In this document: in pieces, positions 26,358-36,657 of the stretch
How the letters are laid out: every line of letters starts with the position of its first letter
Position numbering within the stretch: the stretch's first letter is position 1
NCBI GenBank assembly: GCA_030668825.1
Contig: DAOVET010000005.1
Coordinates: 1,736-65,735 of the forward strand
Reading direction: 5' to 3'
Length of the DNA stretch: 64,000 bases
Origin: Candidatus Heimdallarchaeota archaeon
GTDB taxonomy: Archaea > Asgardarchaeota > Heimdallarchaeia > Heimdallarchaeales > Heimdallarchaeaceae
The notes under the pieces: generated by a model
Databases searched by the model: none
Seen by the model: the letters and a program-made list of their open reading frames with translations, nothing else
Told to the model about the DNA's origin: nothing
Made by a program: the position numbers and the translations under genes

Positions 26358-27341
26358 ATGGAATACAAAAGATTGGGTACAACAGGTGTAAAGATATCAC
26401 CAATTATCCTTGGAACAATGCAAATGGGATGGAGAGTAGACGAAGAAGAGTCATTTAAGATAATGGATAGGGCTCTAGAATTAGGTATCAATTGTTTTGA
26501 TACTGCGGATGTTTACAGTTACTGGGCTGAAAACAGTCATGCAGGTAAAACTGAAGAAATAATTGGAAAATGGTTAAATGATAGGAGTACAAGAGATGAT
26601 TTAGTTCTTGCAACTAAACTTCGAGGAGCTATGTCTGACGATATTAATGATCGAGGTTTATCACGAAGACATATTCATCAAGCAATTACTGGTAGTCTTA
26701 AGAGATTGCAAACTGATTGGATTGACCTTTATCAGATTCATAGTTTTGATAATGACACACCTATTGAAGAAACATTACATGCATTGAATCTACTAGTAGA
26801 TAAGGGGATAGTAAACTACGTAGGAGCATCAAATATACATCCTTGGATGTTGGTAGAATCCTTCTGGGTAAGTGAAAAGAATGGTTATGCTCGTTTTGAA
26901 ACAGTTCAACCACCCTACAGCATTGTTAGGAGAATGCTCGTTGAACATCAAATGGAACATGTAATCAAGAAATTTGACCTTGGTGTTATCCCTTATAGTC
27001 CTCTAGCTGGTGGTTTCTTAACAGAAAGGTATTCTTCTGATGGTCCTCTTCCAGATACTCCAAGAAGTGAAGGAGCACAAAAAAGATACTTTACTGAAAA
27101 GAGATGGAAAATACATGACACAGTAAAGGAAATTGCTAAGAGCAAGGAAGTTAAGATGACACAAGTTGCGATCGCTTGGATACTAGCAAAGGACTTCATA
27201 ACAGCCCCAATTATAGGTGCTAATTCAGTTGAGCAATTAGAAGAAAATGTTGCTTCTTTAGAAATTAAACTAGATGAAGACGAAATGAAGAGATTAGATG
27301 AAGTATCTGACTGGGTAGCTGATTATGAGAGTATAAGATAA
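26358..27341 (+). CDS. Aldo/keto reductase
   Basis: 327 aa. GTMQMGW, LGINCFDTADVY, and IGASN regions typical of AKR family 11-14. Confidence 0.85.
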   Translation: MEYKRLGTTGVKISPIILGTMQMGWRVDEEESFKIMDRALELGINCFDTADVYSYWAENSHAGKTEEIIGKWLNDRSTRDDLVLATKLRGAMSDDINDRGLSRRHIHQAITGSLKRLQTDWIDLYQIHSFDNDTPIEETLHALNLLVDKGIVNYVGASNIHPWMLVESFWVSEKNGYARFETVQPPYSIVRRMLVEHQMEHVIKKFDLGVIPYSPLAGGFLTERYSSDGPLPDTPRSEGAQKRYFTEKRWKIHDTVKEIAKSKEVKMTQVAIAWILAKDFITAPIIGANSVEQLEENVASLEIKLDEDEMKRLDEVSDWVADYESIR

Positions 27342-27360
27342 TGTTTAGGAGCATGATTCA

Positions 27361-28152
27361 TTGACAAAAAAAATAGGATTAATTGGACTGGGATATATAG
27401 GAACTACTATTCTAAATGCTGTAAGTGACGAAGCAAATGAGAATCTGTCTATCCAAGCTGTATATGATATAGACGATGTAAAAATGAAAGATGTTGCTGA
27501 AAAACATCCTTCAATCAGACTAATGCAACATGTAACTGATTTCCAAGATTGTGATATTGTTGTAGAATGTGCAGTTCAACAAGTAGTAGCTGAAATATTT
27601 GATGAAATAATAGAAAGTGGTAAATATTTCGTCCCCATGAGTATTGGCGCATTCGTATCTATCCCTGGTTTGTTTTCCAAATATCAACAATTAGCTGAGA
27701 TAAAGAAAAAAAACATTATACTTCCCTCTGGTGCTATTGGTGGATTTGATTGTGTTGAAACAATTAAATTGGTAGGCATAAAATCTGCTAAACTCCAAAC
27801 TAGAAAACCAAACAGAGCCTTTAGGAACAACAGCTATATTGAATCAAACAACATCAAATTAAATGAGCATTCACCCGTGGTCATATTCAAAGGAACAGCT
27901 AAACTAGCTGCGACATATTTTCCAAGGAGTATTAATGTTGCTGCACGCTTAGCTCTCTCCACATTAGGTCCTGAAAAAACATTAGTTGAAATAATAGCTG
28001 ATCCATCGATTTCAAAGAACATTCATGCAATCGAAATTGAATCTGAAGTTGGGAAATATAATTTCCTTTTCGAGAACAATCCTTCACCAACCAATCCAAA
28101 AACGAGTTGGCTAGCAGCATTATCTGCTATTTATGCAATAAAAAGTATTTAG
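27361..28152 (+). CDS. nadX: L-aspartate dehydrogenase (NadX-like)
   Basis: 263 aa, TTG start. KIGLIGLGYIGTTI Rossmann fold, PSGAIGGFD, and the PSxNPKTS-like C-terminal motif (SPTNPKTS). Confidence 0.7.
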   Translation: MTKKIGLIGLGYIGTTILNAVSDEANENLSIQAVYDIDDVKMKDVAEKHPSIRLMQHVTDFQDCDIVVECAVQQVVAEIFDEIIESGKYFVPMSIGAFVSIPGLFSKYQQLAEIKKKNIILPSGAIGGFDCVETIKLVGIKSAKLQTRKPNRAFRNNSYIESNNIKLNEHSPVVIFKGTAKLAATYFPRSINVAARLALSTLGPEKTLVEIIADPSISKNIHAIEIESEVGKYNFLFENNPSPTNPKTSWLAALSAIYAIKSI

Positions 28153-28176
28153 ATTGTTGTGGTGATAGATAGGTAT

Positions 28177-29181
28177 TCAATGAATTTCCTTTATTTCTTC
28201 AACCCTTCCACCTATATCTAGACCTGCATTTTTGCCAGTTCCCTCAAAAAGTATACTTTCTCCCTCTTTTTTACTGAGCTTGATTAAGCGAACCTTAAGT
28301 TCAGAAGTATTGCTTTCCAAAATTCTTCCGACCATTGAACCATCAATTGGAGAGTGAAGATTAACTGCTTTGGATTTAAGAGCTGTTATCTCAACCCTAT
28401 ACTTCTTATCAGTAACACGAAGTATAATTTCTTTTTCTTTTAGTTGAAGTTTGGTAACTTCTGCTCCAGTATAATTTGTAAATCTGTATAGTTTTTTATT
28501 GTGTCTAAAACCTACTAGATAGCCATCAAAAGCATTACCTAACCAAGGTATTTTAGCATATGAAGCCATGAGAGAAACACCTTCTTTATCGAAAGTATTT
28601 GATTGCATCCAGATATAATAGTGAGGAAAGCTTTTACCATAATCTTTTTCCATATATCCCTTGCCATTTGTGAAATCGATTTTCTTTCCATCTACTGAAA
28701 GTTCTCCTTCAATAGAATGATCGAAACCTAGAACGCCGTGATAGCATTCCATAAATGGTACTAGCTTATACCAACCCATTACACCTAAAGATAACTTCTT
28801 CTTAGACCAAGGTACTAATTCTCCTATTCTAATCTCTCCTTCTACTTTCTTTTCCTTTGAAGAAAGATTAAGTTTAATCTTTTCAGAGCTAAAGTAGTTT
28901 TCTCCTATTTCTACTATAAATTCCTTCTTTGAGAATTTAAATGTGGAAATATCAAATTCAAAGAAAGTAGTTTCCGCTTTAATTCCATCAAAGAATTGAA
29001 TAAAAGCTATACCTTTCCCTTCTTTATCATAAGAGATTCCTGGAATAAGTGCATAAATCACGTCTTCCTCAGAGTTTACAATTTTGAAGTACCAACCTTC
29101 AAAGTAATTTCGTTTTTTGTTTTTACCTTGAAAGATTGAGTCATTCCAGATTTTTCGTAAAAAGTATGGCATCAATTTCAA
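28177..29181 (-). CDS. Tocopherol-cyclase-like protein (PF14249 family)
   Basis: 334 aa. N-terminal YFEGWYFKI matches the hallmark F-EGWYF(R/K) motif of tocopherol cyclase/SXD1-like proteins. Confidence 0.55.
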   Translation of the reverse strand: MKLMPYFLRKIWNDSIFQGKNKKRNYFEGWYFKIVNSEEDVIYALIPGISYDKEGKGIAFIQFFDGIKAETTFFEFDISTFKFSKKEFIVEIGENYFSSEKIKLNLSSKEKKVEGEIRIGELVPWSKKKLSLGVMGWYKLVPFMECYHGVLGFDHSIEGELSVDGKKIDFTNGKGYMEKDYGKSFPHYYIWMQSNTFDKEGVSLMASYAKIPWLGNAFDGYLVGFRHNKKLYRFTNYTGAEVTKLQLKEKEIILRVTDKKYRVEITALKSKAVNLHSPIDGSMVGRILESNTSELKVRLIKLSKKEGESILFEGTGKNAGLDIGGRVEEIKEIH

Positions 29182-29573
29182 CTCCAGATTATTTTTGATG
29201 GCAGAAGTAGAAGTTCTAACCTTTTAACGCTTGTTCTTTGACAATTCCTGGAATCATGAAATACAAATGGAATTTACAACAGTTCTTCGCAATTTGTTTT
29301 TGGTGTTTTTATATATAGTTTACTTGTAAGATACAGGAAGAAAGTCACTGCTGGTGACATAAGCCTAGCATCTGAATTTAGATGAATTAGTGAATAGTAT
29401 AGGTGATAGATATGAACGAAAACAAGACTAAAGCAAGAATGGAGAAAATTGAGAAGGATTGGAAGTATACCTTAGAGAATAAAACAGAGCAGAAGAAATT
29501 TGAATTCTATAACGATCAAATGGTTTTCCGCTAAACTTTAAATTGGTTCAGATTCTCTGTAATCTGAATAACT

Positions 29574-31649
29574 TTGAACGAGGATAAACTATCATCGCAA
29601 GTTAGAATTGGAATTGATACGGGTGGGACTTTCACTGATTATGTTATTGTAACTAACGGACATATTTCTGCATGGAAGACTTCTACTACTCCTGCTGATC
29701 CAAGTGAGGGGATAATCTTTGGTTTCAACGAAATTATGGAAAAGCATCACTTTCAAAAAAATGAAGTGGAAGTGATTGTTCATGGGACAACAATAGGAAC
29801 AAATGCATTTCTAGAGGACAAATGTCCGCCTATTGCTTTCCTAACTACAAAAGGATTCAAAGACATAGTTGAAATTGGAAGACAACAAAGGTCAGAACTC
29901 TATAATCTTAAGTTCAATCAGAAATATCCAGTTAATTTCCAGAAAGATGTTCTTTACGAGGTTGAAGAAAGAGTTAATAGTAATGGAAAGATTGTCAAAT
30001 CTCTTGATCTTCGTTCATTGGAAAATTCTTTACAGATGTTTGAGTCAAAGTCAGTTAGGAACTTAGCCATCTCCTTTCTTTTTTCTTTTCTCAACATAGA
30101 ACATGAGAAGAGGGTAGCTGAATACTTTTCGAAGAAGGGTTACAATGTTTTTACATCTCATGAGATAAGTCCTCAAATCAAAGAGTATGAAAGGGCTGTT
30201 ACAACAATAGTTAATGCTAAAGTTAGCCCAGTGGTCAATTCATACTTATCTAGATTGAAAAGTAAGCTAGTAAATCTGGGAGTGGAATCTCCTCTACTTA
30301 TTATGCAATCCAATACTGGAATGGCAGATGTTGCTTCGATAGGTAAATCGGGTATACAAACTCTTTATTCTGGGCTTGCGGGTGGAGTTTTAGCTGCAGC
30401 TGATAGTCTTAAACACTTGAACAGAACGCACTTAGTTTCACTTGATATAGGGGGAACATCTACTGATGTTGCAGCTCTAATAAATGGTCCAATTGTTTTA
30501 AGATCAAGAGAATTTAGAGGTTTCCCACTAGTTGCAAGTATGGTGGATGTAGAAACAATAGGTAGTGGTGGTGGGTCAATTGCAAACTTTAAAGATGGTT
30601 TATTGTCTGTTGGACCAGAGTCTCAGGGAGCAAATCCTGGTCCTGCGTGCTACTCTCTAGGTGGAAATAAGGTAACCTTAACAGATGCAAATCTGTATCT
30701 GGGTTATATTCATCAGGATAATTTTGCAGGTAGTTTGAATATAGATAAAGATAAAGCAACTCTACAGCTCAATAGTCTATTAAATGAAATCAAGTCATCA
30801 CCTTTCCCTCTTGAAATAGCGACCGTAGATGAACTAGCATTATCCATCAGGAAGATACTAAACAATAACATTGCTAACGCGATCAGGGTTGTTACAATAC
30901 AAAGAGGATTAGACCCAAGAGATTTTGCTCTGCTAGGGTTTGGTGGAGCTGGCCCTTTACAAGTTTGGGAAATAGCTCAAGAGCTTGAAATGGACGGGGT
31001 TATTATTCCACCCTTCCCTGGTGTTTGGTCAGCTTTTGGACTTGTCTGCTCAGACATTAAACATGAACACACACAATCCTATCTTCAAACTAAAGAAGAA
31101 GTGGATTTTACTGAGATGAATGAAAAACTTAAGAAAATTGAGGAAAATCTGAAAGAAGTTCTTACAAGTGAAGAGGTTAGAAGCGAAGACCAATCCTTTG
31201 ATTATTCCTTAGATATGAGATATGTAGGTCAATCTGACTTTTTAACCTTACCTGTTACATTCCCAATTGATAGAAATCAACTAGAATCTGTAACTGAAAA
31301 ATTTCATTTGTTACATGATCAGAATTATTCTTGGTTTGATAAAGAACTCATTGTTGAGATAGTAAACTTGTCTGTAAGGGGAGTTGGTAAAGTACCAAGA
31401 ATAGAATTCACAAAGTTAGCTAAGGGCTCCGAAAATCCACCTAAAGATGCGATTAAAACAAACCGAAGGGTTAATTTTGATGGAGAGTGGATAGATATTC
31501 CAGTTTATGATAAGCAAAAATTGCTATCAAGAAATGTTCTAGGCGGACCTTGTATTATTGATCAACTTGATACCACCACTGTAATTCCACCTTCAGTAAT
31601 TGGGCGGATAAACAGTTTAGGATACATAATAATGGAGGAGAGAAAATGA
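29574..31649 (+). CDS. hyuA: Hydantoinase/oxoprolinase subunit A (HyuA family)
   Basis: 691 aa. IGIDTGGTFTDYVIV N-terminus and DIGGTSTDV ATPase motifs. Confidence 0.85.
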   Translation: MNEDKLSSQVRIGIDTGGTFTDYVIVTNGHISAWKTSTTPADPSEGIIFGFNEIMEKHHFQKNEVEVIVHGTTIGTNAFLEDKCPPIAFLTTKGFKDIVEIGRQQRSELYNLKFNQKYPVNFQKDVLYEVEERVNSNGKIVKSLDLRSLENSLQMFESKSVRNLAISFLFSFLNIEHEKRVAEYFSKKGYNVFTSHEISPQIKEYERAVTTIVNAKVSPVVNSYLSRLKSKLVNLGVESPLLIMQSNTGMADVASIGKSGIQTLYSGLAGGVLAAADSLKHLNRTHLVSLDIGGTSTDVAALINGPIVLRSREFRGFPLVASMVDVETIGSGGGSIANFKDGLLSVGPESQGANPGPACYSLGGNKVTLTDANLYLGYIHQDNFAGSLNIDKDKATLQLNSLLNEIKSSPFPLEIATVDELALSIRKILNNNIANAIRVVTIQRGLDPRDFALLGFGGAGPLQVWEIAQELEMDGVIIPPFPGVWSAFGLVCSDIKHEHTQSYLQTKEEVDFTEMNEKLKKIEENLKEVLTSEEVRSEDQSFDYSLDMRYVGQSDFLTLPVTFPIDRNQLESVTEKFHLLHDQNYSWFDKELIVEIVNLSVRGVGKVPRIEFTKLAKGSENPPKDAIKTNRRVNFDGEWIDIPVYDKQKLLSRNVLGGPCIIDQLDTTTVIPPSVIGRINSLGYIIMEERK

Positions 31650-33226
31650 GTTCTAAATTTAGTCTCATAGAGGTGCAAGTCATTAATCAGTCATTGAAGA
31701 ACGTAGCTTTAGAAACAGGAATCGTTCTTCAACGGTCAGCCTTTTCCCCAAATATCAGAGATAGATTAGACTTTTCAAGTGCTATAATGGATCACAAAGG
31801 TAGATTGATTGCTCAGGCAGAGCACATTCCAGTTCATCTTGGTGCAATGCCAGAGGGAGTTAAAGCTTTAATCAAGCATTTTGGTGAGGATAACATCAGG
31901 GATGGGGACATTTACATTGCAAATAATCCTTATTTAGGTGGAACACATCTTCCAGACATATCTGTGGTTAAACCTATTTTCTTTGATAGAACATTAGTAG
32001 GTTATATTACAAATAGATGCCATCATGCAGACGTTGGAGGTGTAGTCCCCGGCTCTATGCCCAGTGGGAAGTATACTTTAGAGGAAGAGGGATTTGTCAT
32101 AGATCCAACCATACTGGAAAGGGATGGTGTTTTAAATCAAGAATGGTTTGATTATTTTCTTGACAATATTCGTGTTCCAAATGAACGGAAAGGAGACATA
32201 CAAGCTCAATTAGCTTCTACAAAGATTGGTGAGAAAAAATTCCATGCTCTTTTGAAAAAATACTCTCTAGATAAGGTTCAGAAAATAATAGATTTCTTGA
32301 ATAAAAGATCAAGAAAAGCTTCTTTGGATCTTGTAAAAACCATTCCTGAGAATGAAATTGTAACCTATACTGATTATATGGATAATGATGGAGTGACGGA
32401 AGAACCAATTGCAATTACAGCTGAAGTGCAAAGAAAAGGTGACAAACTTATTGTTGATTATAGTAAAACTGACCCTCAAGTAGAGGGAAACATTAATGCT
32501 CCTTATGCAGTAACACTCTCTGCAACATATTACATTCTTCGTTGTTTAGTTTCTAGAGACTATGCAACAAACTATGGACTCTATGAAACTTTAGAGGTAA
32601 TAACCAAAAAAGGTACCTTAGTGGATCCCTTACCCCCTGCTGGAGTAGCTGCTGGGAATGTAGAAACAAGTCAGAGAATAACAGATGTTATGATTGGATC
32701 ATTTGCACAATTGTTCCCAGAAGAAGTACCTGCCGCAAGTAGTGGAACGATGAATAATATAATTATTGGTGGGATTAATCCTAAGGGGGTACAATTTACT
32801 TACTATGAAACTATTGCAGGAGGGATTGGTGCAGGAAAGGATTACATTCCTCCAAATGCTAAACACAGCCATATGACAAACACTAGGAATACTTCAGTGG
32901 AAGTTCTAGAACGATATTATCCTTTGCGAATACATGAATACTCAATTATACCTAATACTGGTGGCTCAGGAAAATGGCAAGGGAGTAACGGTGTTCGTCG
33001 TTCAGTTGAGTTGTTAGCAGAAAAAGCTGTACTGTCAATACAAAGTGAAAGGAGAGCGCATTCTCCATTTGGATTATTGGGGGGCGGAACTGGTTCCAAA
33101 GGTCGCAATATCTTGAGACAAGATGGTGAATCAATTTGTCTTCCATCTAAAATCACTAAGGAAATTAAGAAGGGAGATATAATAATTATTGAGACTCCAG
33201 GTGGAGGCGGGTATGAAGTGGATTAA
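31646..33226 (+). CDS. hyuB: Hydantoinase/oxoprolinase subunit B (HyuB family)
   Basis: 526 aa. Overlaps hyuA by 4 nt (ATGA coupling); Hydantoinase_B pattern (…EHIPVHLGAMPE…). Confidence 0.85.
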   Translation: MSSKFSLIEVQVINQSLKNVALETGIVLQRSAFSPNIRDRLDFSSAIMDHKGRLIAQAEHIPVHLGAMPEGVKALIKHFGEDNIRDGDIYIANNPYLGGTHLPDISVVKPIFFDRTLVGYITNRCHHADVGGVVPGSMPSGKYTLEEEGFVIDPTILERDGVLNQEWFDYFLDNIRVPNERKGDIQAQLASTKIGEKKFHALLKKYSLDKVQKIIDFLNKRSRKASLDLVKTIPENEIVTYTDYMDNDGVTEEPIAITAEVQRKGDKLIVDYSKTDPQVEGNINAPYAVTLSATYYILRCLVSRDYATNYGLYETLEVITKKGTLVDPLPPAGVAAGNVETSQRITDVMIGSFAQLFPEEVPAASSGTMNNIIIGGINPKGVQFTYYETIAGGIGAGKDYIPPNAKHSHMTNTRNTSVEVLERYYPLRIHEYSIIPNTGGSGKWQGSNGVRRSVELLAEKAVLSIQSERRAHSPFGLLGGGTGSKGRNILRQDGESICLPSKITKEIKKGDIIIIETPGGGGYEVD

Positions 33227-33455
33227 CCATTTGGTGACATAATATTTTCTACACGAAATTTCTTTCCAGCATCAGCTGAAGTACAGCCTTTTTGCCGGAT
33301 AAATATATGTTTATCGTATTATTTTGGTATTATTCACTTTTGAATTGTACAGTCTAATGCTCCTAAGTTATTTTCTACTGCATTTTTCTCCTTTCACTAA
33401 ATATTTTAACAATACACTGCATAAAATTTAGATATGACTTAGGGATAGTTAGTTC

Positions 33456-34247
33456 ATGGCTGAGAATAATTCTTTACTCCTACTAGATTATGTAGGTGAA
33501 AATAATAACATCGCATTAATTACACTTAATCGTCAAAAAGCTCTGAATGCTCTCAATGATAAGTTGTTAGATCAGTTATCTATTACACTCAATTCATTAA
33601 AGAAAAAGAAGAATGTTAGGGCAGTAATTATCTATGCTGAAGGCAAAAGTTGGTCAGCTGGTGTGGATTTAAAATGGACTGCATCACTTGGATGGAGAGT
33701 GATGACAGCTATAAAGAAAGGGCAAAAAGTGTTCTCACAAATTGAAAATCATCCTACTCCTGTGATAGCAGCGATTAATGGATATGCTCTAGGTGGAGGG
33801 ATGGAATTAGCCCTTTCATGCGATATACGAATAGCAGCTGATACCGCGTTATTTGGGTTGACTGAGACCACCATAGGATTGTTACCTGGTTGGGGTGGCA
33901 CTTATCGTCTCCCCAAAGTTGTAGGTTTGAACACTGCAAAAGATCTCATCTTAACCGGAAGAAAATTCTCAGCTGATGAAGCTCTTGAAATGGGCTTGAT
34001 TAGTGAAAAAGTTCCTCTAGAAGAATTAAAAGCAAAAGCGCTAGAAAAAGCTGAGGTCATTGCTAATAATGCACCCATTGCACTAAGAGAAGCCAAGAAA
34101 GCAATAAAGAAAGGACTTAGCACCTCAATCGATGGAGGATATAGAGCTGAAGTTAAAGGAATAAAGACCTGTTTTAGGACTAAAGATATAAGAGAAGGAA
34201 TAAAAGCTGTACTTGAGAAGAGAAAGCCTGATTTCAAAGGTGAATGA
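33456..34247 (+). CDS. Enoyl-CoA hydratase/isomerase (crotonase fold)
   Basis: 263 aa. AINGYALGGGMELALSCDIRIAAD (oxyanion hole/GGG motif) and TETTIGLLPGWGGT. Confidence 0.85.
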   Translation: MAENNSLLLLDYVGENNNIALITLNRQKALNALNDKLLDQLSITLNSLKKKKNVRAVIIYAEGKSWSAGVDLKWTASLGWRVMTAIKKGQKVFSQIENHPTPVIAAINGYALGGGMELALSCDIRIAADTALFGLTETTIGLLPGWGGTYRLPKVVGLNTAKDLILTGRKFSADEALEMGLISEKVPLEELKAKALEKAEVIANNAPIALREAKKAIKKGLSTSIDGGYRAEVKGIKTCFRTKDIREGIKAVLEKRKPDFKGE

Positions 34248-34274
34248 TTTCTATAACAACCTATAGGGTTTCCC

Positions 34275-35024
34275 ATGAATCAAACAGAAGTAACAGTTGC
34301 AGAAGAAGAGTATCTAGAAACTTTCTTCTGGTTTTTTGAATATGGTACTAAAAACGTTAAAACCAATCAAATAGCAGAAATGATGAATGTAGATCCGGGT
34401 ACAGTAACTTCAATGTTTAAGAAATTATCAAAAAAAGGATTTATTGAGTATAAGCCATATTACGGTGCTAAGTTAACCTCTGAGGGAGAGGAAATTGCTA
34501 GAAAAGTTGTGAGGAAGCACAGACTATCTGAAAGTTTTCTTGAATGGTTAGGTGTTCCATGGTCAAAGATACATGAAGAAGCATGTAAATGGGAACATGT
34601 TCTAACTGATGAAATAGCAGAAATGATTGAACAAAAATTAAAACCAGAGAAAACACCATATGGGGCAACAATACCTCAAAAGAAAGGCACTGAAACTAAA
34701 GCAGAAACGAATAAACCACTAGCTCTTTTTAGTTCAGGAAGAAATATAGAAATTGTAGAAATAATTGAGCGAGCTATTGCTAGACATTTTCCTCATGAAG
34801 CAACCCTACAAGAAGTTTATATTGAATTAGAGGAAAAAGGGTTGAAACCTGGGACACAGTGGGAAATATTATCTACTAAAATCAGAGAAGAAGCTATTGT
34901 AGAAAACTGGTCACTTTCTTATGATTTAGATATGACTTTGGGAAACAAAGAGGGAAGCAAGACTAAAGTTCCATATTATTTGGTGAATATGATTTTGGCA
35001 AGAGAAGTTTCCACATCCCTATAG
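34275..35024 (+). CDS. DtxR/MntR-family metal-dependent transcriptional regulator with extended C-terminal domain
   Basis: 249 aa. N-terminal wHTH (IAEMMNVDPGTVTSMFKKLSKKGFIEY), the RKHRLSESFL dimerisation/metal helix, and ...H...E...H ligands. Confidence 0.6.
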   Translation: MNQTEVTVAEEEYLETFFWFFEYGTKNVKTNQIAEMMNVDPGTVTSMFKKLSKKGFIEYKPYYGAKLTSEGEEIARKVVRKHRLSESFLEWLGVPWSKIHEEACKWEHVLTDEIAEMIEQKLKPEKTPYGATIPQKKGTETKAETNKPLALFSSGRNIEIVEIIERAIARHFPHEATLQEVYIELEEKGLKPGTQWEILSTKIREEAIVENWSLSYDLDMTLGNKEGSKTKVPYYLVNMILAREVSTSL

Positions 35025-35094
35025 AACAGATGTTTCTTATGTTTTATGCGTTTATTGGTTAAGAACCGGTTGAGTATTAAGGAATATGTTTCTT

Positions 35095-36534
35095 TTACTT
35101 TTTATCTTCACCCAGTTTCCAGAGGACTCTTTTAGGATTATCTTCAAGAGAAACTCCTGCAGCTTTCAACTCATCCCTTATCTTATCACTCATTCCCCAG
35201 TTCTTCTCTTTTCTATATTCTCCACGGATTTCGACAAGTAGTTTAACTAGTTTTTCAACTAACTCCATCGAAAGGTAACTGTTAAAATCTTCATATAAAC
35301 CGAAAATTGATCTGAATTCGTTGAACAATTCATCAGCTTTGCTGATTACTGCTCCATTGACTTGCTCAGCTTTTCGGAGATAGTCATTGACCTCTCTAGA
35401 ATAATCAAAAACTACAGCAAATCCATTAGAGGTATTGAAGTCCTCATCCATCGCTTTGACAAAATCCTCTCTAGCTTTAGTAATTTTTTCTAGTAAGTCT
35501 TTGTCCAATTCTGAAAGAAAACTTTCATCTACTTTAATATCATTTGCATAATTTTTAGTCAAGAGGACAATATCAAATAACCTGTCAGATGTGATTTGAG
35601 CTTGATCTATAGCGTCTTCTGTAAAGGTAATTGGGCTACGGTAATGGGTTTGAAGGACAAATAAGCGAACAGCATCAGGAGAATAGTGTTGGAGTAAATC
35701 AACAATGTTGACAAAATTGCCTAAAGATTTGCTCATCTTCTCCTTATCGATATTAACATAACCATTATGGAGCCAGTACTTGGCAAAAGGTTTTCCAGTA
35801 AGTGCTTCGGACTGAGCAATTTCATTTTCATGATGAGGAAAGATAAGATCCTGACCACCGCTGTGGATGTCTAAAGTATCGCCAAGGTACATCATAGACA
35901 TTTGGGAACATTCGATACTCCAGCCAACCCTTCCATCTCCCCATGGCGAGAACCAATATGGCTCCCCTTCTTTCTTTTCCTTCCAAAGAGCAAAATCTGC
36001 TGGAAAGCGTTTCTTAGGATTCTCAGCATCTTCTGTACCTTCTTGTAGAATATTTTCTATTTTCTGGTTTGATAGTTTTCCATATTCTTCGAACTTTCTG
36101 ACATCAAAATAGACATCACCACCACTCTCATACGCATATCCTTTTTCTATTAACCCCTCAATGAACTCAATCATTTGGTTAATGTGAAGCATGGCTCGAG
36201 GGTGTACAGTAGCTTCTTTTAGATTTAAACTTGCCATATCCCTTCGAAAATAGCTTAGATACTCCTCTGCAACTTCTAGTACAGCTCTTTGCTCCTGTTT
36301 TGCTACCTCTATCACCCTATCTTCAATATCTGTGAAGTTCATTACATACTCTACTTTGTACCCTCTGTACTCGAGATATCTGCGGATGGTATCAAAAGCT
36401 ATAGCAGATCTAGCGTGTCCTAAATGCATGAGACCATTAACTGTTGGTCCACAATTATACCACTTCACAACACCAGGTTCAATAGTCTTGAACTCTTTAA
36501 GTTGACGTGTAAGAGTGCTGTAAATTTTAATCAT
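35095..36534 (-). CDS. cysS: Cysteinyl-tRNA synthetase
   Basis: 479 aa. CGPTVNGLMHLGHARS (HIGH), KMSKSLGN (KMSKS), and Cys-binding WxxxGWxxEC-like WSIECS. Confidence 0.9.
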   Translation of the reverse strand: MIKIYSTLTRQLKEFKTIEPGVVKWYNCGPTVNGLMHLGHARSAIAFDTIRRYLEYRGYKVEYVMNFTDIEDRVIEVAKQEQRAVLEVAEEYLSYFRRDMASLNLKEATVHPRAMLHINQMIEFIEGLIEKGYAYESGGDVYFDVRKFEEYGKLSNQKIENILQEGTEDAENPKKRFPADFALWKEKKEGEPYWFSPWGDGRVGWSIECSQMSMMYLGDTLDIHSGGQDLIFPHHENEIAQSEALTGKPFAKYWLHNGYVNIDKEKMSKSLGNFVNIVDLLQHYSPDAVRLFVLQTHYRSPITFTEDAIDQAQITSDRLFDIVLLTKNYANDIKVDESFLSELDKDLLEKITKAREDFVKAMDEDFNTSNGFAVVFDYSREVNDYLRKAEQVNGAVISKADELFNEFRSIFGLYEDFNSYLSMELVEKLVKLLVEIRGEYRKEKNWGMSDKIRDELKAAGVSLEDNPKRVLWKLGEDKK

Positions 36535-36657
36535 AAATTAGTTACAGAATCTGTTTAAAAAAGCGTTTCGCTTTAACAGAAGTTAAAATAATTTAGCTTC
36601 TAGTCCTTTTTACTCTAAAAAAATATATAGAACCCATTCCACTTTAAATGGAAGAAA

